A stretch of 61,532 nucleotides of DNA, counting the filler, from Streblomastix strix (taxonomy: Eukaryota), in NCBI GenBank assembly GCA_008636045.1. It is 4 parts of 4 records of this genome, joined end to end, with 100 filler letters (N's around TTAATTAATTAA, not from the genome) between each part and the next. Parts side by side here need not be neighbours in the genome. Positions count along the whole stretch, not along the records: positions 1 to 15,318 come from SNRW01001003.1; 3 more parts are not named here. One strand, written 5' to 3'. The notes beneath the pieces are model-generated. The model saw only the letters and a list, made by a program, of their open reading frames with translations, was not told the origin of the DNA and made no database searches. A program made the position numbers and the translations under genes. Positions 1 to 12,000 of this stretch are shown here, one piece after another (position 1 is the first letter of the stretch; every line of letters begins with the position of its first letter).

Positions 1-731
1 AAGCCATATTCTGTTTCTGATTCATCAAACCAAGGTTTAATTTCACTTTTACCTCCTCCAGCTCCAAAATCACCTTCTTCTGCTTATAAACCTGATTTAA
101 ATACAAATTTGGGATAAAATTCAGTTTTTAATACAAAATCAGCTTCGATGAATAAGAAACATCAGAAAATAATACTAATTCCTCCTTCTTAATAATAATC
201 ATCTATTGCAATGTCAGTTTATAGGACACTCATTGAATAACAGCAGATGTTGGATGAAACTGAAGAATAACTTCGATAAGCTTTTGGAAATCAAGAAATG
301 ACGAATCATCTAATGAAACAGAGTAAACATTATTAGTATGTACAAGCACAAGGATAGAATTCATCTTCTTCTTATTCTTCAAGTTCATCACATTCCACAA
401 ATCTTAATATCATTAATCATCAAAATAACCATTTAATTAACCAATCATTACTTCATCACAATAACATCGAAGTCCTCCAATGAAAAGTTAATCTTATTCT
501 TCTGATCCAAAATCTGATCTTTCTGATCCATAATCACTAATCACATCTTAATAAATGCATATTCATTCTCCAAATTCAAACTATCCAATTCAATAAGAAC
601 AAAAAATATTTCCATAAACAACTTCAATTCCAATTTAAGAAAAATAAACATAAGAAAAAAATGAATAAAATGAATAATCAAGGGGAGAAGAATCTATAAA
701 GGCAAAATTTGATGAAAAAGAAATTGATTGA
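1..731 (+). CDS. 3' end of a low-complexity S/Q/P-rich protein gene (5' truncated; one unresolved frame change near 330-400)
   Basis: With TAR=Gln, frame 1 reads KPYSVSDSSNQGLISLLPPP...QQQMLDETEEQLRQAFG. A second frame reads ...SRGEESIKAKFDEKEID to TGA 729-731. Confidence 0.5.
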
Positions 732-2085
732 TTGAATTGCTTTATGTTTTATGATTTAAAATTAAAAATTTATTCACACACATATAGTGCTATAATAGAT
801 ATAAATAAATTCAAAAATCAATTATATATATTTTAAAAATTATTAAAATTAAATGAAATATATTGTTAAATAACACTAGATCATAAAGTTCTCCGTTTAT
901 TAGAAAATCGGTGAAAAGTAAAGTTTCTAAAGTGCTGTTTTTAATATAGTTCTAGAAATATAAAATATATACCAATTTATATTATTTTATGAGAAAATAT
1001 AATGAAGACTGAAGTGTATGGAGCAACACAAAGAAATTTGGTTACTGAGCCCTAATTATTTATCATAACACATATTTAAGAATAATTTTGCATAAATTTT
1101 ATACCTTTTCATATAAATTAACAATTATTTCCAAATTTTATTTTCAATACAATTCAATAAATCGAATGAGAAAAAATCATTCTTGTTCTGATAATTGCAC
1201 ATGCATCGATCAGTGCAAACTAATAATTTCCATATTTTCATTGTAATATGAAATAGCTTCAGATGTTTGATAACCATACAGGTTATATTGTACAGTTTAT
1301 GAGCCAAACGAATTCATTTCAAAAAATTTTAAATAACTTGCTGTCCAGCCTCATACAAAATGAAGTATGGCTAATAATTTCTAAAATCATAAATTTTGCG
1401 TTGCGTTCTATTAATTTTTATTATCAATATTTATTTTTACAAACAGCATCCGAATCAGGGAAAAGAAGCATGAAATTTTCCTGCTGAATAACATGGGTAA
1501 ACTTGACTTTGTGAGCATTAGGATTCTTAATTTATTTAATTTATTATAAAAATATATAAAATATAATAAAAAGTGATGTTTTTATGAAGTTCAAAAATTC
1601 CCCATTGACCGGAAAAAATATTTTCCTAAATCCTGAACGGTTAGTCCTCGTTCTCTGTAGATAATATATGTCAAGAATGTCTCTGAATTATTTTTGTTTA
1701 TTTTTCGTTTTTGCTTAAACCCAATATCCATACTGAATAAACACCCGCTTTTAAAATAACTCTCGTTTTCCGTTTACCCTTATTACCATGATGACTAAAA
1801 ATACAAAATTTCCAGTAAAATATTATTATCTTCGTTTAATTCACAACATATTGTTGTTTAACTTTTAGATTGACCCTCCACGCCACTTTTTTATTGTTTT
1901 CCATTTACTCCAATACACTTAAATAATATATTATTGTAATGGACATATTTTAATCCTATATATTATTTTCTCTTGAATTACCATATATTGACAAATATTT
2001 TTCCAATATGTCTTTTTTCTAAATTTTCTTATATTTTTTTTATTGATATTTATCAATTTTTAAATTATTTTTCATTTTATTTTAG

Positions 2086-5000
2086 ATGGCTTCTGCAAAG
2101 CGGGCTCCTCCTATTGTTTACTATGGTGAATGTTTGACATTTTTTAATTAGAATTTATAATTTATTATTACTGTTATTATTTATCAGATTTGGTGAAGAA
2201 ATCATTTGGTGAAGGAGGTTAGAGTCGTACTTTCCTTGCAGAGAAAGGTGCAATGTCAAACAAGTTCTTTATTCTGAAGTTAGTCAGATATTTCACCGAT
2301 AAAGAATAAGAGTAGGCTGAAAAAGAAATTGAATAATTGGAGCGTCTGAAATCTCCATTTACAGTATATATATGAATAATTTATTTCAATTTGAAACATA
2401 CGATATTCAATTTCATTTTTAAAGGTGCATCTCATATGTTCTTTCGTGGATCGCACTGACATGTGCATGGTGTTTGAGTTCTGTGAGCGCGGGGACCTAC
2501 GAACTGAGATCAAAGAGTTACAAAATCTTCCAATAAAGGAAAGAGTGATGGTTTGTTATTTGTTGATTTTATTCTTAAAGTTGTATAATATTGATATTTT
2601 AATTTATCAGAATGTATGGGAAATCTTTGCTCAAATGGCCCTTTCAATGAACCATCTTCATACACATGATGTAATACATTGGTTTGTATTTATTATCATA
2701 ATTAATTGATTGTTATTATTTTATTTGAAACAATATTAATAGTGACATTAAACCTGAGAATATATTCGTGATGGCCGACAGATCTGTTAAAATGGGTGTC
2801 TTTAAATAAATTAAACTATTCATATTTACTTCAATATAATATTTTTTAAAATATTACAGGAGATTTTGGACTTTTGAAGGTGCTTACCGACCAAAGCTAT
2901 GCAATGACAGTTGTTGGAACAAAGTTTGCTTTTTAAAATAATAAATTACTTATTTTATTATTATTTCAAAATTTTTATTTGACCTATTATATCAATCAGA
3001 CCTTACATGGCACCTGAAGTCTTAATAAATAAAATGTATATAATTTAAACTTTATTTTAATAAATATTAAAAATTTTTAATTATAGGATGGACAAATAAA
3101 GTGACATGTATTCATTTGGGATTGTCGTGTTTGAACTATTGACAGGCATTTATAATTATTATTAAGATTATTATTTTATTTATTTATTATTTTCTAACAG
3201 GACAACATCCATTTGCTGCTAAATCAGAATAAACTATGATAGATAAGATTCGAATGAATGATGTTGCAAAGTTGCCTGAACAAGTACCAAAGGATTTAGC
3301 AGATCTTGTGATGAGCATGATGAATCCTGTATAAATTATTCATTATATAAATTATTTTATATATTTCATAATATTACATTTAATCATTATTTTATTGATA
3401 ATATTAATAAATATTAATAAAATCATTATTATATGATCAATATTTCAAAAGGATGAATGCCGCAGACCACAAATAACAGAAATTATTGATAACAGTACGA
3501 TACAAATGTACATCAGACAACATAATAGTAAGAGTAAATCCATCTTATAAGAATCAGATGAAAAAGTGCGAATTGCTGAAAAACGTGCGATAGTAGCAGA
3601 GGAGCGTTTAAGATAAGCAGAAGAAAAAGCTCGATAAACTGAACTTCAATTAAGAGCTGCTGAAGGTTTTATAATAAATATTTTTCTGTTTTATTTATTA
3701 AAATAATTTTTTATTTAATAATTATAGAACAAATTAAAGTTACAGAAGAAAAAGCTCGATTAGCTGAAGAACATGCTCGTATTGCAGATATTAAAAGTCA
3801 ATAATCTTAATGTATATTTTTCTTATATATAAATAAAATTTAACTTATGTTTTTTCCAAGAATATTTATTTATATTTATTTTATTTATAATCCTCAGTTT
3901 CTGCATCTCTTAATACAATACTTCAAAAGATGAATGTTCCTGAAGGAGATGAAGGCAGAGTTGAAGGAAATACTTTTATTCATTCAAATGATGAATGCGA
4001 TTCTACGATTACAATGGATCCGATTATAAATTAAGGAGTTGCACGTTTTGAAGTTGTTTTCAATGGACACGAAAGAAAAGAATTCAGTTTTATATTCAAA
4101 CTAATAAATAAGATTAGAAAAATATTAATTCTTATTTTTTAACTTTTTTATTATTATTAAGGCCTGGGAGTTGTTGAAGCTTCGAAAGTCTTTAAAAAGA
4201 ATGAGTTGCCTATTGAAAGTCTGAAATTAATTTAAATAAATATCAAATATTTTTTAAAATTTTTATTTATAATATTAACTTCATTTTTTTCCAAATTATA
4301 AATATCATTTTTCTGCTTATTTTTATAAATAATGAATTAGAGAGTATTTATAATAAACATTTAATAATTAATTATGACATTATTAATAATTAAAATATAA
4401 TTAAATAATAGAATAATGTAAATTTCTAATTATTTAATTATATTAATTATTAATATTATTTAAATTAATTTGAATAATAATTTTTTATATTTTTTAATTA
4501 TTATAATAATTTTAATTTTATATGAAATTGAATATTATTTAATGTTTTATCTATTTAAAATATCAGTTGGTATGCATAAAATATAATAATAACTATTTTA
4601 TTTATTAAAATATAATTAATTAATAGAATAATGAAAATTTCTAATTGATTAATAATATTTATTATTAATATTTTAATTAATTTGTCTAATTTTTATTTAT
4701 ATTTATAATTTTATTTACAATTAAATAATATTTGATGTTTTATCTATTTAAAATATCAGAGAGTATGCATAAAATATTATTTGAATTATTTTATTTATTA
4801 AATATAATTAGATAATGCAATAATGCAAATTTCTAGTGATTTAATTATTTTAATTATTATTAATATTTGAACTAAAATCTATTATTTTTTTCAATTATTT
4901 TTTATAATTATAATTTTATATTAAATTGAATTATATTTGATGTTTTATCTATTTAAAATATCAGATGGTATGCAAAAAATATAATATTAACTATTTTATT

Positions 5001-8000
5001 TATTCAAAAATAATTTAATAATGCAATAATGAAAATTTCAAATTATTTTATAATATTTATTATTTATATTTTAATTAATTTTTAAAATTATTATTTTTAA
5101 ATTTAATTATTATTATAATTTTATTTGAAATTAAATAATATTTGATGTTTATCTATTTTAAATATCAGATCGTATGCATAAAATAAAATATTATCTATTT
5201 TATTTATTAAAATTTAATTAAATAATGCAATAATGTAAATTTCTTATTATTTTTAAAATATAAATTATTATTATTTGAACTAAATTATTTTATTTTTTAC
5301 AACTATTATTTAAAATTATAATTATATATGAAATTGAATAATATTTGATGTTTTATCTATTTAAAATTTTAGTGAGTATGCTCAAAATGTAATATAATCT
5401 ATTTTATTTATAAAAATATATTAAAATTAAATTTTAATTTTAATTCTTAATTTTTTTAAAATATTAATTATTCATATATTAATTAATTTTTATAACAATT
5501 ATTATTGTAATTATAATTACAATATTTTTTTCAATTGAATTATATTTGATGATTTTTCTGTTATAATTATTAGTTAGTATGTATAAAATATTATTTGATT
5601 TATTATTATATATTTAAAAAATAATAAAATGAAAATTTTTAATTATTTAGCAATATTTTTTTATTAATATTTTAATTAATTATTAATATTTATAATTTTA
5701 ATTGTAATTTTAATTATAAACTTATATATAATTGAATGATATTTGAAATTTTTTTTTATAAAATTTAGTGGGTAAGTATAAAATTTAAATTGAACTATTT
5801 TATTTATTTAAATATACTTATTTTATGTAATATTTATTAAACTTAATTTATTAAATTTTAATTTGTAAATATTTATAATTATTAATTCTTATTTAAAATT
5901 ATATTTATAATTGAATGATATTTGATGTTTTATCTATTTATAATTTCAGATAGTATGAATAAATTATAAGATTATCTATTTTAATTATTAAAACATAATT
6001 TAATAAAATATTAATGTAAATTTCTAATTATTTTTAAATCTTTATTATTAATTTTTTAATTGTTTTTTGTAATTTTAATTTTATTAACGTTTGAATTATA
6101 TTTGATGTTTTATCTATTTAAAATTTAAGTCTGTATGTATAAAATTAATCAATTAACTATTATATATATTAAAATATAATTAAAAAATACAAACATATAA
6201 ATTTCTAATTATTTAAAAAAAAAATTAATTGTTAATATTTTTTTAATTTTTATAATTATTTTTTATTAATATATATTTTTCTAAATTGAATGATATTTTA
6301 TGTATTAATTTATTTTTAAAAATATTAGATATTATGCATAAAAAATAAATTGAACTATTTTATTTATTAAAATATTTTTAAATAATATTTTAATTTAAAT
6401 TTCTATATATTTAAAAATTTTATGATTAATATTTTAATTTCTATTTATAATTTAAATATATATTTATAATTTTATATTAAATTGAATGATATATGATGTT
6501 TTATCTATTTTAAATGTTAGGGCGTATGTATAAAATATAAATTGGACTATTTTATTTATTAAAATATATTTAAATAATTAAATTATATAAATTTCTTATT
6601 TTTTAATAATATTAATTATTAATATTTTAATTAATTTTTAAATTTATTATTTTTAAATTTAATTATAATTATAAATGTATAAAATTTGATGATTTATCTA
6701 TTTTAAATATCAGCTCGTATGCATTAAATATAAATTAAACTATTTTATTTATTAAAATCTTTATATTTAAATTTTTATTTTAAATTTTTAATTAATTATT
6801 AATATTTTAATAAATTGTTTTATTTATATTTATAATTTTTATTCGCAATTATAATTTTATATAAAATTGGATTATATTTGATATTTTATTTATTAAAAAT
6901 ATCAGATAGTACGTATAAAATATAAATTGGACTATTTTATTCTTTAAAATATATTTTTTGAAAAATCCTATTTAAATTCCTAATTATTTATTAATATTTA
7001 TTATTATTATTTCAATTAATTATTACATATTTTTAATAATTTTATTAATTAATTTGTGCAATATATAATTGAATGATATTTGATATTTTTTCTATTTAAA
7101 ATATCAGAAGGTACGTAATAAATATAATATTATCTATTTTATTTATTAAAATATAACTTAATAAAATTGTAATTATAATTTCTAATTTTTTAATATTTTT
7201 AATATTTTAATTAATTATTATAATTATTATTTATAATTATAATTATAAATATAATTATAATTTTATATTAAATTGAATTATATTTGATGTTTTATCTATT
7301 TAAAATATCAGAGGGTATGTAATAAATATAATTTAAACTATTTTATTTATTAAAATATAATTTAATTAAATTATTATTATAATTTGTAATTATTTAAAAA
7401 ATATTTATTATTAATATTTTAATTAATATTTATAATTTTATATGAAATTGAATAATATTTGATGTTTTATCTATTTTAAATATAAGATGGTATGTAATAA
7501 ATATAACTATTTTATTTTAATTATTAAAATGTATATTTTTGAAAAATAATTTGAAGATAATAATAATTAATTATTATTATTTATTAATTATATGTTAATT
7601 AACTTAATTAATTTATATTTATAATTATAATTATATTTTTACTTATTACTTATTACTGAATGAAATTTGATATAATTTCTTTAAAAAATATTAGATTGTT
7701 TGAATAAATTTTAATTTTTATTATTTTTATTATCAAAATATTATTAAATAATACAATAATGTAAATTTTTAATTTTTAAATGATATTTATTATTATTAAT
7801 TTAAATAATTTATATTTTTTAAATATAATTTTATTTATAAATGACTAATATTTAATGTTTTAAATGTTTAAAATATCAGCTTGTTTGCATAAAATATAAT
7901 ATTTAATAATTTATATTTAAATATAAATTAATAATTCAATAATATATAATTCTAATTATTAAATAATATTAATGTTTTAATTAATTTTTATAATAATTAT

Positions 8001-8585
8001 TATTATTTATAATTAAAATTATAATTCTATCTAAATAAATATTTCAAATAATTATGTACAACTTTAAAATTTTATTTTATTAGATGGAGATAATTCTGTT
8101 CGTTATTCGAATGAGTATATATATTTATATTATTTTATTCTTTTGTATTATTATATTATTATATCTATTTAGTGGGAGTCTTGAACATCGCCGTTATTAT
8201 TTAAATAAAAATTCCACTTCAATTAAATGCAATTCTCAATATATTTGCGGATAAAGGATTTAAATAGAAGTAGATATGACTTCAAATCCAAGAAGGGCCG
8301 TGTTTTTTGTTGATGGAGTTGAATAGAAGAATTCAGTTGTTAATATTCCTGAAGCCATTCGTTTCTTTGTATTATTAATTATTTTTAAATATATATAAAG
8401 TATAAATAATATTATTTGTTTAATTATTAATTAATTATTATTAATCTTTTATATCTAATCAGGTCTATGTTAAAAGACTAAATTCTTCCTTCAAAATTAC
8501 GAGGTTTGAAAGAATCCCTGTTTCATTTGCTCGTGGTACCCAGGGATCAAAATAATGGAAATGGGGAAAAGATTGGATTCAATGA
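2086..8585 (+). CDS. NEK-like Ser/Thr kinase + coiled coil + C-terminal B30.2/SPRY-like domain; multi-intron gene containing a microexon array
   Basis: Spliced translation gives FGEGGQSRTFL, FILK, MVFEFCERGDL, HCDIKPENIF, KMGDFGL, GTKPYMAPE, SDMYSFG, LTGQHPF, RRP. Then a coiled coil (RIAEKRAIVAEERL...), then STITMDPIINQGVARFEVVF...LGVVEAS...SVRYSNDGSLEH...CGQRIQIEVDMTSNPRRAVFFVDGVEQKNSVVNIPEAIRFF...WKWGKDWIQ, stop TGA 8583-8585. Most ordinary introns are ~55-125 nt. Confidence 0.9.
4219..8083 (+). repeat. Tandem array of 19 degenerate ~175-226 nt intron cassettes, each with a candidate 3-nt microexon (AG|NNN|GT)
   Basis: Conserved core TTGAATNATATTTGATGTTTTATCTATTTAAAATATCAG-NNN-GTATGCATAAAAT. 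Triplets start at 4341, 4567, 4760, 4965, 5169, 5373, 5574, 5769, 5950, 6130, 6329 (donor TT), 6521, 6714, 6906, 7108, 7312, 7487, 7695 and 7880. Confidence 0.9.
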
Positions 8586-9066
8586 AGATTATTAAATACA
8601 ACAAAGAAAAAAAAAATGGAATAAATGATAATAATTAAAAAGGACAAATTAAACCTAAATAAAATAAATGTTTGATATAATGAAGATTATTGAAATGATT
8701 ATTTGATTGAAAAGAAGAAATTAAAATATATTGAGTTTTAATCTATTACACTAAGAGTGATTTTTAAACTTTTATTTAATTCATACACTTAACAACTTGC
8801 ACATCAACCATTCTCACTTGAATATAGTTTACTTACTCATTCTTACTGTTATTTCGTAGCACATCATTTAATAATCCTTATAAATAAATGACATAAATAC
8901 TTCTTTAATTTGTTAGTTAGTACATTTTTTATTAAATTTATTTTCATTAATAAAATTATCAATTTAAAAACACAAGGTCAATAATAAAATTATATTGAAA
9001 TAAAGATAAATAAAATTAAAATATGTTGATTAAATTTAGTTCTTTATTTATTCAATATTCATTCAT

Positions 9067-12000
9067 TCAATTATTCAATTTCACTTATTTATTCACTTTA
9101 TTTTCCTTATTTTCCTTATTTTCCTTATTTTCCTCTTCTTTATAATGTTCCCAATCTTCTTCATCTTAATGATTTTCAATTATTTCTAAATTATTCATTT
9201 ATTTTCCTGATTAATATTAATTCATTTAATCATTATTTTCTTATTCTTATTCAATCTAATCACTATTTCTTTATTCTGTATTTGTTTATAATTGTTATTC
9301 TTATTCTGACAAATTTAGTTGGACTTTTTGCATTTTCACAAAAATTTTGATACTTTACTTCATAATTTTATTCATTAATTATTTTTTATTCTTCTTCATT
9401 ATTTTCTAATAATAATTATTAATCATTTTATTTATTTTCAACCATATCTTTATGATTTAAATCTGATTTTAGGATTTCATTATTTTCTATTTTGATTTAG
9501 AAATTATTTAAAGATAAAGAATTTTATTAAAATGAAGAATTTACCAGCTATAAAGATGTTGAATTATCGTTGATTGAAAAATTAAATGTATAATTTGATG
9601 ATAATTATTATTAATTAACTATAGATTAAATATTCTTTTTATTTAGAGAAGTAATATTTTATTACAATAATGAAGATGATAAATTATATGTTTTGGTTAT
9701 GATAATTAAATTAATATTGTTGTAAATGTAGAAAATTTGAAAGGAGAAGAATCATTAATAGAATTTGAAGATGATTAAAATTAAGAAGATGTTGTATCTA
9801 ATTATTATAATGAAGGAGTTGAAATTGGTTTTTTAGGTGAAATTTATTAAAGATATAATATTGATGAAACTTATTTATTAGGAGAAAATGAAGAAGATTA
9901 TATCAGTGATTAATTTTATGATTATAATTCAAGATTTAATTTTGTTTTTGAATATTATGGATTTAATTATAAAGATTATTATTCTGTTGTTTGTGATAAT
10001 AAATTTAGATTTGGAGTTGAATAAGAAAATAATTTCAGATATTCTGATTATAAGGAATATTTTGATTATGAATTTAATTATTGAAGTTAAGATGAAGATG
10101 AAGATGGTTATTAAATAGAAATTTGAGATGTATTTGGGAAATGAGAGGAAAAATCGGAAATTAAAGAAAGAAATGTTAATGGAATTGAATTTGAATTGGA
10201 TGATGATTAGGAAGATTGAATTTATTTTAATTCATATTAAGATTAATTATTTGATTTATTAACTTTATTTTCATTAGTTTGATTATTTAATGGATCATTT
10301 TCAACTTAATTTTAATTATTTATTTATATTTCTTTAACTTATTCTTCATTTCTATATTTATTTTATTCCAATTTATCAACTTTCATTTATCTATCTCCAT
10401 TTCTAATTCCAGAATATGATCTTTTAGCTGAAGTTGATCTTTTATTCTAATTTTTAGCTGCAATTGTAGCATTTGAATTAGATTAAAGAATTAATGATGA
10501 AGATGGAGATTAACTTATTTTGGATTATTATTATTATTATTATTACTACTATTATATTGATTGTTATAATTTGTATTATTGTAAGTATGATATTGATGAT
10601 TTAGATTATTGTTATTATATTGATTATGAAAAGTATTATTGGGGAGGTTCTGATATTTCTCTTTTATATTATTATTTGATTTCATTGTTTTCATTTTCTT
10701 TGTAATTTAATTCATTTTTTTTTAAATTTTCTTATTTTCTTTATAGAAATTATTCTGTTAAAATTTTTTTTAATTTTCTTCTTAAAATAATTAATATTTC
10801 AATATATTTGCATTCTAATAAATTTCATTAGTAGATTATTTTTATAATTATACATATGAATTTGAATTTGATTCTTCAGATGTTTATTTTTATTAAAATA
10901 ATTATTTCTGTTTTTAGTCATATTGTTGGAGAAATGAATCAATAAGATCATTATTATCATTTACTTATTCTTATTCTTCTTCATTATCTTGTTTAGAAAC
11001 TTTCCTTTCAAATTATTTGACTTTATTTTCATTATTATTATCTTTTATTTAATCCAATTCTTTATTATTATTATTATTATTATCATTATTTTCAAATATC
11101 GAACTTTTTTCAATTTCTATTTTAGTTTAACTTTCATTTTCATCTTCATAATCGCTTTCTTCTTCATCAACACTATTTCTTCTTTCTTCATTAATTAATT
11201 AATTCATTATTATTACCATCATTATTATCTTTATTATTATCATTAATTAATTCAATTGAAATTTATTTAATTTTCAGTCCAAATTTAATTGTTTATTAAA
11301 ATTTTTTTAATGATATGAATTAATTCTATTTATTTTCAATATTGAACTGTTTATTTTCATTTCATTCTTTAATATTCTCCTAATTAATAGTAAATTGCAA
11401 TTATTTTGAAGAAATTTCTGAATTAAAGAAGTATCTAAACAAAAATAATAAACTTCTATAAATTTGTGTATTAAAGTTGAGTAATTGAGGAGTTCTGATT
11501 TGAAGAAGATGTTTGAAATATTAAACATCAATAAATTATTATTCTTATTATTACAATTATTGTTATTAATATATAGCGATTTATTTTTATAGACTATATT
11601 TTTATAATAATTATTAATATTTGCTTAATTTTATATTATTCTTAGTTAATTTCTTTATATTTTACTAATCATTATTAATCAATTATAAATTTAGTTTAAA
11701 ATTATTATTTATTGGAGATTAAGTAGATTTATCTTTATATACTTTCTGAATATGAATCATTATCATTCTTATTATTTAATATATTTTACAAATCTTCTTA
11801 TTCTTATTCTTATTTGAGTTATTCTTTTGTTGATTATTATTATTATTATTCTATTCTTAATTGTTATTTAAATTAATTGATATTTATTCATCTTCTCATA
11901 ATGAATCTTCTATAAGCACTGATTTTATTCTTCAATTAATTTTCTTGTCTATTCGCGTCTCTATGAATCAAAATATAATCTATTATGTGCAGAGAGTAAT

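Noticed and set aside
5373..5375. TGA microexon as a poison (stop) exon
   Set aside because: The array is in phase 1, so this triplet is split between two codons and never read as a stop.
4219..8083. CRISPR array or plain satellite interpretation of the ~200-nt periodic repeat
   Set aside because: It lies within a eukaryotic gene with no cas genes nearby, and the repeats are degenerate. The invariant parts are the splice dinucleotides around a 3-nt gap, which a neutral satellite would not be expected to preserve.
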